DNA of 64,000 nt from Bacteroidales bacterium (GTDB lineage Bacteria > Bacteroidota > Bacteroidia > Bacteroidales > ML635J-15): the NCBI GenBank assembly GCA_017620015.1, contig JAFZRE010000033.1:146530-210529 (forward strand). Reading direction: 5' to 3'. Below are positions 28,155-36,473 of this stretch, one piece after another. The notes under the pieces are model-generated. The model was not told where the DNA came from. It saw only the letters and a program-made list of their open reading frames with translations, and made no database searches. Made by a program: the position numbers and the translations under genes. The stretch's first letter is position 1, and every line of letters starts with the position of its first letter.

Positions 28155-28268
28155 AAATCCAAACATAAAATCAAAAATTTTTGTAATAAATCCAAACATA
28201 AATAAGCATTATATTGTAACAAATCCAAACATAAAATCAGATTTTTTTGTAATAAATCCAAACATAAA
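28155..28268 (+). repeat. Four direct repeats with exact 33-bp period
   Basis: aaatccaaacataaa at 28155, 28188, 28221 and 28254. The extended unit is gtaa(t/c)aaatccaaacataaaat. The region is A/T-rich. Confidence 0.9.
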
Positions 28269-28298
28269 ATTAAGGAATCGCATCATCCGCCATTGTAC

Positions 28299-28318
28299 AG
28301 ACGCAAAATTTTGCGTCT
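28299..28318. repeat. Perfect 20-nt palindrome agacgcaaaattttgcgtct (TGTA...gcaa..ttgc...TACA family)
   Basis: An identical 20-mer recurs at 46363-46382. Flanked by tgtac. Confidence 0.85.
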
Positions 28319-28329
28319 CAACGAGAAAC

Positions 28330-28455
28330 CTTCAAACGGCGAAGCCATAGAAACCTGAAACGGCTTTAGCCATTCAAACGCCGTAGGCATAGAAACCGCG
28401 CAGCGAGAAACGGCGTAGCCATTGAAACCGCGCAGCGAGAAACGGCGAAGCCTAA
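28330..28455 (-). repeat. Array of the ggctNcgccgtt repeat family in the opposite orientation to 22568-22860
   Basis: aaacggcgaagcc x2, aaacggcgtagcc, aaacggctttagcc and aaacgccgtaggc, interspersed with gaaaccgcgcagcgag x2. Confidence 0.6.
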
Positions 28456-28499
28456 AAATAAAATCCTTCAATCGTATTTCGTAAATCGCAAATAAATTG

Positions 28500-28507
28500 T
28501 ATTTTTG
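28500..28507 (+). promoter_or_regulatory. Candidate -7 box for the kamE-like gene
   Basis: TATTTTTG, ending 23 nt before the ATG at 28531. Confidence 0.4.
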
Positions 28508-28530
28508 CACTCTCAAAATTTTGATTTGCA

Positions 28531-29322
28531 ATGAGCGAAGGACTATACTCAATGGAAGCCAAGGATTTCGACAAAACCTTGGACTTGACGAAAATAAAGC
28601 CGTACGGCGATACAATGAACGACGGTAAGACACAGATTAGTTTTACCTTGCCGGTACCTGCAGGCGCCGAAGCCGAAGAAGCAGCAAAACAGCTCCTCAA
28701 GAAAATGGGATTCGAAAATCCTCTCGTAGTTTTCTCGAAGGAACTTACCGAAGGCTTCACTTTCTTCAACTGCTACGGTAGCTGCACTCACACTGTTGAC
28801 TACTCGACAATACATGTCCCGAAGGTAGAATCGACCGTGATGAGCATGAAGGAAACCGACGACTTCATCCGCGAACACATTGGCCGCAAGATAATTGTTG
28901 TTGGCGCAAGCACAGGAACCGACGCTCACACCGTTGGTATCGATGCTATCATGAACATGAAGGGTTATGCCGGTCACTACGGACTTGAACGCTACGACAT
29001 GATTGAAGCCCTCAACATGGGCAGCCAGGTACCAAACGAGGAATTCATCGCCAAGGCTATCGAAATGCACGCCGACGCTCTACTCGTTTCGCAGACCGTA
29101 ACCCAGAAGGATGTCCACATCAAGAATATGACCGAACTCGTCGAAATGCTTGAAGCAGAAGGTCTTCGCGATAAGGTTATCCTCGTTTGCGGCGGTCCGC
29201 GTATCAGCCACGAGCTTGCGCAGGAACTTGGCTACGACGCTGGCTTCGGAATGAACACCTACGCCGACGATGTTGCTTCGTTCGTAGCTCAGGAACTCGA
29301 CAAGCGCTTGAACAATAAATAG
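28531..29322 (+). CDS. kamE: D-lysine 5,6-aminomutase beta subunit-like cobalamin-binding protein
   Basis: 263 aa. N-terminal MSEGLYSME.KDFDKTLDL.KIKPYGDTMNDGKTQISFTLP. B12-binding loop GASTGTDAHTVGID (DxHxxG). GGPRISHELAQELGYDAGFG. Confidence 0.75.
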   Translation: MSEGLYSMEAKDFDKTLDLTKIKPYGDTMNDGKTQISFTLPVPAGAEAEEAAKQLLKKMGFENPLVVFSKELTEGFTFFNCYGSCTHTVDYSTIHVPKVESTVMSMKETDDFIREHIGRKIIVVGASTGTDAHTVGIDAIMNMKGYAGHYGLERYDMIEALNMGSQVPNEEFIAKAIEMHADALLVSQTVTQKDVHIKNMTELVEMLEAEGLRDKVILVCGGPRISHELAQELGYDAGFGMNTYADDVASFVAQELDKRLNNK

Positions 29323-29327
29323 TGCCG

Positions 29328-30257
29328 ATGCTTAAAACTGGAACGGTTATACAGTCGAACGGCAGCAACTGCATAGTTACCAGCGACAACCAAAAGTACG
29401 ACTGCGTAATCAAAGGAAAGCTGAGGCAAAAAGGTTACAACTCGACAAATCCCGTAGCAGTCGGCGATATTGTCGAGTTTGACATTTCTATAGAGCCCGC
29501 GACAATCGCCAGCATACACGAACGACGCAACTGCATAATCCGCAAATCAACCAACCTTTCCAAGCAGTCGCACATCATCGCCGCCAACATCGACCAGGCT
29601 GTGTTCGTCTTCACAATGCACCATCCCGAAACCACAACCGTCTTCCTCGACCGCTTCCTAGTTTCGGCTGAATCATACAGCATACCTACAATAATCATCT
29701 TCAACAAGATAGACATTTACAAACCTGAGGAATTCGACCAAGTCGCCGAACTTATGGCTACATACGCCGAAATCGGATACAAGGTGCTTGATGTTTCGGT
29801 GACGAAAAACCACAACATAGATGCCGTGCGCGAAATTCTGAAGGACAAGGTAAGCCTAATTTCGGGACAAAGCGGAGTGGGAAAAACCTCGATTGTGAAT
29901 GCGGTGTCGGGACTAAACCTCAAGACAGCAAGCATTTCGGAATCGCACGACTCTGGCAAGCATACCACTTCGTTTGCTCAAATGCTACCGCTAGACTTTG
30001 GCGGTTACATTATTGATACTCCTGGAGTTCGCGCATTCGGACTTGTGGAACTCGAACGCAACTGCATCTCGCATTATTTCCCCGAAATCTTCAAGACTGC
30101 CGAGAACTGCCGCTTCTACAACTGCACCCACACCAACGAACCGGGCTGTGCCGTGAAAGAAGCAGTGGAAAACGGAGAAATCGCTTGGAGCAGGTACCAC
30201 TCGTACACAAACATTTTCTTCGACGAGGACGAAAAACATAGAAGGGAGGATTACTAA
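29328..30257 (+). CDS. rsgA: Ribosome small-subunit-dependent GTPase A
   Basis: GQSGVGKTS P-loop, DTPG, zinc cluster CRFYNCTHTNEPGCAV. ATG 29328 is preferred over the GTG at 29322. Confidence 0.85.
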   Translation: MLKTGTVIQSNGSNCIVTSDNQKYDCVIKGKLRQKGYNSTNPVAVGDIVEFDISIEPATIASIHERRNCIIRKSTNLSKQSHIIAANIDQAVFVFTMHHPETTTVFLDRFLVSAESYSIPTIIIFNKIDIYKPEEFDQVAELMATYAEIGYKVLDVSVTKNHNIDAVREILKDKVSLISGQSGVGKTSIVNAVSGLNLKTASISESHDSGKHTTSFAQMLPLDFGGYIIDTPGVRAFGLVELERNCISHYFPEIFKTAENCRFYNCTHTNEPGCAVKEAVENGEIAWSRYHSYTNIFFDEDEKHRREDY

Positions 30258-30715
30258 CTTACTCTCCCCCACGTCTTTTCCACCAATTCTGGCTCGAACC
30301 CCCTGCTGTATGCGAAACGGAAAACAGAAGCCTTGACCTTGTACTCATCGTCACCACGCACAGACTTCAACTTCGACTTTATCAAACTTTCAAGAAGAGA
30401 CATATATTCCGCTTCATCAATCTCAGAAAGCGGTTCCGCCATAATATTGTCGGAAATTCCCTTAGCCAGCAACGCCTGACGAATCTTCAGCCGTCCCCAC
30501 TTGTTAAACTTGAAAGCATCGGACACAAAAGCACGTGCATAACGTTCATTATCAACAAACTTGTCTTCCACAAGGCTTTCTATCACCTTGGATATGATTT
30601 CGGAATCAGCATGCTGCTTATATAAGTAGGTACGCACATCGCTTTCGCACTTCTCGGCACGAGAGCAATACGACTGTGCCTTGAGTAAATATTTTTCAAA
30701 TTCTTCTGCGTCCAT
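30254..30715 (-). CDS. recX: RecX family regulatory protein
   Basis: 153 aa with the three-repeat helical pattern (..YCSRAEKCESDVRTYL.., ..FVDNERYARAFV..). Confidence 0.8.
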   Translation of the reverse strand: MDAEEFEKYLLKAQSYCSRAEKCESDVRTYLYKQHADSEIISKVIESLVEDKFVDNERYARAFVSDAFKFNKWGRLKIRQALLAKGISDNIMAEPLSEIDEAEYMSLLESLIKSKLKSVRGDDEYKVKASVFRFAYSRGFEPELVEKTWGRVS

Positions 30716-30754
30716 AATTTTTTTTGGTTCTTGTTTTATGTCAAATTACCTTCA

Positions 30755-30810
30755 CTTCGACCCTTCGACCCTTCGACAAGCTCAGGGAGCGAAGGCTCAG
30801 GGAACGAAAG
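30755..30810. repeat. Short GC-rich word repeats (ttcgaccc x3, gctcaggga x2) related to the ctgagc..gtcgaagg motif
   Basis: ccttcgacaagctcagggagcgaagg (30770-30795) is the reverse orientation of the motif seen at 623-638, 22771-22789 and 52587-52604. Confidence 0.5.
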
Positions 30811-30837
30811 TTTAGGGCAAGGATAGCATTAGAGAAT

Positions 30838-31620
30838 CTACTTGTTTTTCACGTTCAAACCGTTTATGATTGGATTAACTTCATCTTCCACAGGCAGATA
30901 GTCAACAAAAATCTTTTGCATCGACTTGAAGATATTGTGCCTTGCATCTGGAAAACGTTTCTCAATATCGGCAATTATCTCTCCTGCCTGACGACGTTTG
31001 GTCTTGTCTTCGAACGGACATTTAGCCCTTTCGGTCGGGAAGCCCATAATGTTTGCAAACTGACGTATTTCGTTGTTTGTCAACAATATGAGCGGACGAA
31101 TCAGTTCCACACGACCATCAAACATCGGCAACTTTGCAGGCATTGAACTTATGCTGTTGTGGTAGCACATATTTATAAGTAGCGTTTCTACAGCGTCGTC
31201 AAGATGATGACCGAGAGCCAGCTTGTTGCAATTGTGTTCGCGAGTAAGTTCAAACAGACGTTTGCGACGATGCCACGAGCAGACAAAGCATTTGGACTTG
31301 TTGGGATCCTTCTCGAAGTCAACGTTGATGTATTCGCACACAAATTCCACTCCGTTTTTCACACAGAAGTCAGCAATAAAATCAGTATCAGCAAGATATG
31401 GAACATTTTCCACATCAATATGCACGGCTACAATGTCGTAGTTTTCCTTTCCGAAACGTCTCCGCGTAGCCAGCGTAGCCAGCAAAGAGATAGAATCCTT
31501 ACCACCGCTAACACCGACCATAATGCGGTCGCCATCCGAAATAAGACCATACTTGTTGACCGCCTGCCCTATCTTGGAATAAACGTGCTTGACCTTACGC
31601 TTGTCCGAAATTTCCGACAT
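30838..31620 (-). CDS. PP-loop ATPase, tRNA 2-thiocytidine synthase (TtcA)-like
   Basis: SGGKDS PP-loop. CFVCSW and LALGHHLDD blocks. Confidence 0.8.
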   Translation of the reverse strand: MSEISDKRKVKHVYSKIGQAVNKYGLISDGDRIMVGVSGGKDSISLLATLATRRRFGKENYDIVAVHIDVENVPYLADTDFIADFCVKNGVEFVCEYINVDFEKDPNKSKCFVCSWHRRKRLFELTREHNCNKLALGHHLDDAVETLLINMCYHNSISSMPAKLPMFDGRVELIRPLILLTNNEIRQFANIMGFPTERAKCPFEDKTKRRQAGEIIADIEKRFPDARHNIFKSMQKIFVDYLPVEDEVNPIINGLNVKNK

Positions 31621-31621
31621 A

Positions 31622-32632
31622 TTAGTTCACCCTAAATTCAACATTAAGATACACATACGATTTCATAATATCGGTGTTAAGCTTAGGCAACCAACCCTGA
31701 TAATTTATCGAAAGCCGCACATAGTCAACCACTTTCCAGTCGCAACCAGCCACCAATGCCATTCCGTCGCCCGCCACATACCACGAAGGCACAAAACCGT
31801 CGCGGCACCACGAGTCAACATAATCGTAGCGCGCAAACAAATTCAGTTTGTCTTCAAGGAAACCGTATATTAGATAGGTACTTGCGCCATGCTGCAATAT
31901 ATTTCGCGGAGAAAACTTGGCATTGTACTCGGCGCCAAAACGCAAATGCGGGACAATATTCCACCCAACAAAAGCACCAGCGGTGAACAAGTCGTCGTTC
32001 TGGAACGAATATGTTGAATGTATCTTCATCTGCAAGTCCTTCACAGGCTTATAGTTAAGCGACAACGAATAGTAATATTTACCGTACGAAACACTATCAT
32101 CCTTTATAGTGCCCGTCATCATGCCGAACTCAATGGATAGATTGTCCAAAAAGTCGTAACGGCCATTGAACCCAAGGTCGATAGCAGGGATAAAACGATA
32201 CTCGTCAAGATACGACTTGAAAATATAACGTGCACCCCAGAACTTCTGCTGTGTCATGTGCTGCATATTGTCGACAAGACCAGTATTCAGAAGAAATTTT
32301 CCCTTTTTCCACGAAATATACATTGCCCGCAAGTAAACATTCACCGTATTATAGTTTTGTCCGAGCGGCTGATTCGGGCTGACATCGAGACGAATTATCG
32401 ACGAGAAGCCCTTGGGGACATGAAACTGACAACCCAAGGTAGCACGCTTTATCTCGAAGTTAGGTTCGTGAGTATCACCGCCAATACCCTGATGGAAATT
32501 TGAGAAAAGCATTATTTCCGGAACAACCTTGTACTTTGACGAGTCCGGTAGAATGCCCATATATGCATAAGAACTTCTTGCCGAAAATACAATCAGCAAA
32601 AACAAAAGCAAATATTTGAAAATCCGTTTCAT
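31622..32632 (-). CDS. Putative outer-membrane beta-barrel (porin-like) protein
   Basis: Signal peptide, and an alternating aromatic/hydrophobic pattern through to the C-terminus. Confidence 0.5.
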   Translation of the reverse strand: MKRIFKYLLLFLLIVFSARSSYAYMGILPDSSKYKVVPEIMLFSNFHQGIGGDTHEPNFEIKRATLGCQFHVPKGFSSIIRLDVSPNQPLGQNYNTVNVYLRAMYISWKKGKFLLNTGLVDNMQHMTQQKFWGARYIFKSYLDEYRFIPAIDLGFNGRYDFLDNLSIEFGMMTGTIKDDSVSYGKYYYSLSLNYKPVKDLQMKIHSTYSFQNDDLFTAGAFVGWNIVPHLRFGAEYNAKFSPRNILQHGASTYLIYGFLEDKLNLFARYDYVDSWCRDGFVPSWYVAGDGMALVAGCDWKVVDYVRLSINYQGWLPKLNTDIMKSYVYLNVEFRVN

Positions 32633-32732
32633 CTGAAAATTATCGAGTGCAAATTTAGTTTTTTTTTACCACTTTTATTTATTGCGAAAGCAAAAACATA
32701 TTATTTTTGCAACGAATAGAAATACGACAATA

Positions 32733-33374
32733 ATGAAGAACATCATATCCATAATATTAGTATTGCTGTTATGCACAGTTGCTTTCGCGCAGACAAAACT
32801 CAGTCTGCTCGACGGCACACAATACAATGTAACGCAATACACATTCTTCAACGACAACGGCAGTTCGATAGAAGTAAAACTTGAGAAGAAAAACGGCAAG
32901 CTAAAGACCAAATTCGTTGACATCAACGACATCTGGTCTATCGGCGATACAATAATGTATGTACCTACTCAGGAAGGCGAATTTTCAGTCGATGAAATGC
33001 AAAACGTCGTACTCGGCAAGCAAATCGCCAAGGACGAATTCAAACCCTGGTGGGCTTGTGCTGCAGGATTTGCAGTCGGTGCAGGTTCTGTGCTTTACAT
33101 TGGTGCATACGAGAATAGACCAATATTAAGCCTGGCGGTTCCAATTGTTTACGCAACAGGATTTTCATTCATTAGACCGACAAAAAAAGGCATAATAAAA
33201 CGCCATCCCGAATATCAGGACAATGAATATTTTGTCTATGGTTACCAAAACAAAGGCAGAAGAAAAGTCATGCTTAATACAATAATCGGCACATTGGGTG
33301 GAATGGTCGTTGGCAGTGTAACTTCTCTTGCCTTAAAAAGCACAGGCAATATCACTTATATAGTTCGTCCATAA
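32733..33374 (+). CDS. Hypothetical membrane protein
   Basis: Start refined to 32733 (MKNIISIILVLLLCTVAFA). Three predicted TM segments in the C-terminal half. Confidence 0.55.
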   Translation: MKNIISIILVLLLCTVAFAQTKLSLLDGTQYNVTQYTFFNDNGSSIEVKLEKKNGKLKTKFVDINDIWSIGDTIMYVPTQEGEFSVDEMQNVVLGKQIAKDEFKPWWACAAGFAVGAGSVLYIGAYENRPILSLAVPIVYATGFSFIRPTKKGIIKRHPEYQDNEYFVYGYQNKGRRKVMLNTIIGTLGGMVVGSVTSLALKSTGNITYIVRP

Positions 33375-33384
33375 TATAGGAAAC

Positions 33385-34755
33385 ATGAAATCACTTCTTT
33401 GTACTTTTCTACTGACGATACTCGCCAGTGCATCTTTATTTTCTCAAAGCATAATAGGCACATGGAACGGCAATATTGACATCAACGGCATTTCGCTCGC
33501 AATAGTCGTAAACATTGACGGACTGTCTGCCGACAGCATAACAATGGACTCGCCAGAACAGTCGGTTTTCGGCATCAAAGTTGACAAGGCAGAGTTCAAC
33601 GACAATAGTTTCAAGCTAGAAATCAGCAGTCTAAATGCATCGCTAAACGGAGAAATACCAACCGGCGACAGCATAAAAAGCCTGTTCACGCAACACGGGA
33701 AAAACTTTCCGCTTACACTGAAACGTGGCAAATACGTTCCCAAGCCAAAGAAACAAGACCCGAAAGATTTTCCGTACATAGTCGAGGAAGTTGAAATTTT
33801 AAATCCCGAGACAAACGTTAAATTGGCTGGAACACTGACCGCACCATACGACTACAAGTGCGACAAGATTGTTATTCTAGTATCCGGCTCGGGACTACAA
33901 AATCGCGACGAAGAAATATTGGGACACAAGCCCTTTTTAGTTCTCTCCGACTACCTTACACGCAACGGAATTGCCGTCATCCGCTATGACGACCGCGGCT
34001 TCGCCAAATCAACTGGCGACGCTATCAATGCTACCACCTACGACCTTTCGCTCGATGCCGAATCTGTCGTAAAGTTTATAAAAAACGACAGTCGCCTCAA
34101 GGATATGAAAATTGGCATAATCGGTCACAGCGAAGGCGGAATGATTGCCCCAATGGTTGCAGAAAGAAACAATGATGTCGATTTCATTGTTATGCTTGCA
34201 GGTCCAGCCGTGGAAATATCACAACTCATGGCTCGACAAAACTACGATGTGCTGAAATCGAGCGGCATTTCCGAAGATGTTGCAAAACAGTACACAAAAA
34301 TTGTCACAAAGGAATACAAAATCTTAAAGGACAAGAAATTGAGCATTGACGACAAGAAGCCAAAAGTTCTCGCCGTTATGAAGGAAATGGAAAATCTTGT
34401 TCCTTCAGGCTCCGACGATGAAGCACTACAGACAAACGTTGAAATAATGTTCTCGCCGTGGATGTACTATTTCATCAACTTCAATCCGCAGGATTACCTT
34501 TGCAAAGTCAAGGTTCCCGTACTCGCACTCAACGGCGACAAGGATGTGCAGGTTTACAGCAAGGACAATCTTGCCGGCGTAGAAAAGGCTATGAAAAAAG
34601 CGAAAAACTCAAATTATAAAATATTGGAACTCAAAGGTTTGAACCACCTGTTCCAGAAATGTATTTTCGGCAGTCCCAACTTCTACGGACGAAACGAAGA
34701 AACGTTCAACGAGGATGCAATGAAGACGATTGCGGAATGGATAAAATCATTATAG
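33385..34755 (+). CDS. Secreted alpha/beta hydrolase
   Basis: Signal peptide. GHSEGG nucleophile elbow. LNGDKDVQV, and NH near the C-terminus. Confidence 0.8.
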   Translation: MKSLLCTFLLTILASASLFSQSIIGTWNGNIDINGISLAIVVNIDGLSADSITMDSPEQSVFGIKVDKAEFNDNSFKLEISSLNASLNGEIPTGDSIKSLFTQHGKNFPLTLKRGKYVPKPKKQDPKDFPYIVEEVEILNPETNVKLAGTLTAPYDYKCDKIVILVSGSGLQNRDEEILGHKPFLVLSDYLTRNGIAVIRYDDRGFAKSTGDAINATTYDLSLDAESVVKFIKNDSRLKDMKIGIIGHSEGGMIAPMVAERNNDVDFIVMLAGPAVEISQLMARQNYDVLKSSGISEDVAKQYTKIVTKEYKILKDKKLSIDDKKPKVLAVMKEMENLVPSGSDDEALQTNVEIMFSPWMYYFINFNPQDYLCKVKVPVLALNGDKDVQVYSKDNLAGVEKAMKKAKNSNYKILELKGLNHLFQKCIFGSPNFYGRNEETFNEDAMKTIAEWIKSL

Positions 34756-34756
34756 T

Positions 34757-35284
34757 TTATCCAAATATTCCCATTATAAACTCCTTGATAACCACAAAGA
34801 ATACGAAGCAGGAATAGATAAGTTTCATCATTATTCCGCACATCATTCCTAAAAACGCACCAAACGCAGCCTTCCACACACCTTTCATATTGCCTTCAGT
34901 CTTCTGACCTTGCTTCTTCATATACAACAATTCTCCAATAAAAGCGCCAAAAAACGGAGCCAGGAAAATAGCCCACCAAGCCAATCCGAAAAGACTTACA
35001 AGAATACCAATTGCCGCGCCACGACTGCCCCACTTCGTTCCGCCGAATTTCTTCGTTGCCCACGACGGCACAAGAAAATCGAGAACCGTAACCACTACCA
35101 TTACTACACCTAATATTATTAATGTAGATATTTCAAAATGGCAGTAGCTGACAAAAAAAGCGGCAAGAAATCCAGCATACGTTATTGGCGGACCAGGAAG
35201 AATTGGCAAAAAACAACCGATAATCCCAACAATCATAAGGATTATTGCAAGAGCAATAAGTATTATGTCTAGAGCAAAAGTCAT
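34757..35284 (-). CDS. DUF456 family membrane protein
   Basis: GCFLPILPGPPITYAGFL motif, four TM helices. Confidence 0.7.
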   Translation of the reverse strand: MTFALDIILIALAIILMIVGIIGCFLPILPGPPITYAGFLAAFFVSYCHFEISTLIILGVVMVVVTVLDFLVPSWATKKFGGTKWGSRGAAIGILVSLFGLAWWAIFLAPFFGAFIGELLYMKKQGQKTEGNMKGVWKAAFGAFLGMMCGIMMKLIYSCFVFFVVIKEFIMGIFG

Positions 35285-35709
35285 TTGTATTCGGAAATTA
35301 TTTGGTCAACTGATGATTTATTTATCTGCAATGTAGTGGAATAGATATAGTTGCCCGACTTCTGCGAAACGCGCGAACACGATATTTCAGCATTTTCCAG
35401 AACCTTGTTGCGCATCGAGTCAATCTTTTGCTCGAACTTGTCGTCGCGCATAAAGTTTTTGTACGAAAGTTGGTCGGCAATGTATTCGTCAACCTGCGAG
35501 AGCATCAAGCGGTTGGCATCGGCAAGTGCCTTGTCCTGCGACATTTGCAACGACAATGATGTTGCCTCTGCCGAAGCACGGAATACATATTTATCGGTGA
35601 CATTCTTCGTGCATTTAGGTGTAAATATGGATGTTATGGAATTCCAAAATGTGCAGGCATCAAACAGCACCAAGCAGCACAACGCCATCACAACCAGGAG
35701 TTTTCTCAT
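35281..35709 (-). CDS. Hypothetical lipoprotein
   Basis: MRKLLVVMALCCLVLFDAC lipobox-like N-terminus. Overlaps its neighbours by 4 and 1 nt. Confidence 0.55.
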   Translation of the reverse strand: MRKLLVVMALCCLVLFDACTFWNSITSIFTPKCTKNVTDKYVFRASAEATSLSLQMSQDKALADANRLMLSQVDEYIADQLSYKNFMRDDKFEQKIDSMRNKVLENAEISCSRVSQKSGNYIYSTTLQINKSSVDQIISEYK

Positions 35710-36470
35710 TATTCGGCCAGCATTTTTACATCCGACATTGGAATCCAGCCCTCCTTGCCGTCGGCAAGCCTGATGTTGTACATTCCGTTGGCAGAATCAA
35801 CGACCTGCACCTTCAAGCCTTCGCAGATTTCAAACGAGTTGACCGCATCGGCATTTGGCGACGACTTCACCATCGACTGCTCGAAAACCACGGCATAGTT
35901 GTTTTCGGTAATAGCCACCGACGACTTATAGGCACAAACCGCAGTAAAAATAAATACTGCCATCGAAATAACAGCAATGGAAAATCCCAGTTTCCGCAGA
36001 GCCAATCCACTGAAAAACAAATACATTGCAATCCCGATGAAAAGCAATGCCAGCATTATTATATTCAGGATTGTCCACGCATCGGAACTCAGCATATTCA
36101 GTATTTTTATACCCCATCGGGTATAAAATGGCATTGGTAACGGGTCAACGCTCTGCTTCAATGAACGGTTTGCAATGTTAAGGTTGAATTCTGCATCTTC
36201 GTTCGACGGGTCAAGCATCAGAGCCTTCTCGTAATAATACACCGCGTATGGAATTTCGTTCAGTCGGTAGCAACAGTTACCCATATTGTAATATAGGTCC
36301 GACGACGAATAGCCCATATTGCTGACCGAGTCGTAAAGCATAAGAGCATCGGCATAGCGCGTCTGCATAAAATAACTCTGCGCACTATCGGTCAGAGTCT
36401 CCACATCGCTGGCAAGCAACGCATTGAACGACATCAACGAAAGTGCTATATAAACAAAAAACTTTTTCAT
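35709..36470 (-). CDS. batE: BatE-like TPR / SH3b protein
   Basis: Signal peptide, TPR repeats, two TM helices, C-terminal SH3b-like NIRLADGKEGWIP. Confidence 0.7.
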   Translation of the reverse strand: MKKFFVYIALSLMSFNALLASDVETLTDSAQSYFMQTRYADALMLYDSVSNMGYSSSDLYYNMGNCCYRLNEIPYAVYYYEKALMLDPSNEDAEFNLNIANRSLKQSVDPLPMPFYTRWGIKILNMLSSDAWTILNIIMLALLFIGIAMYLFFSGLALRKLGFSIAVISMAVFIFTAVCAYKSSVAITENNYAVVFEQSMVKSSPNADAVNSFEICEGLKVQVVDSANGMYNIRLADGKEGWIPMSDVKMLAE

Positions 36471-36473
36471 AAC

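Noticed and set aside
23822-28268. CRISPR array interpretation of the 23-bp and 33-bp repeats.
   Set aside because: The 23-bp units are contiguous with no spacers. In the 33-bp array the repeats are ~15-21 nt with ~12-18 nt spacers that are themselves similar. No cas genes are present.
28138-28350. The 70-aa ORF encoding an 11-residue repeat (NPNIKS.IFVI x4).
   Set aside because: The periodicity is simply the 33-bp DNA repeat read in frame. It has a TTG start, no plausible promoter or leader, and runs through a palindrome and GC-rich repeats. Treated as non-coding.
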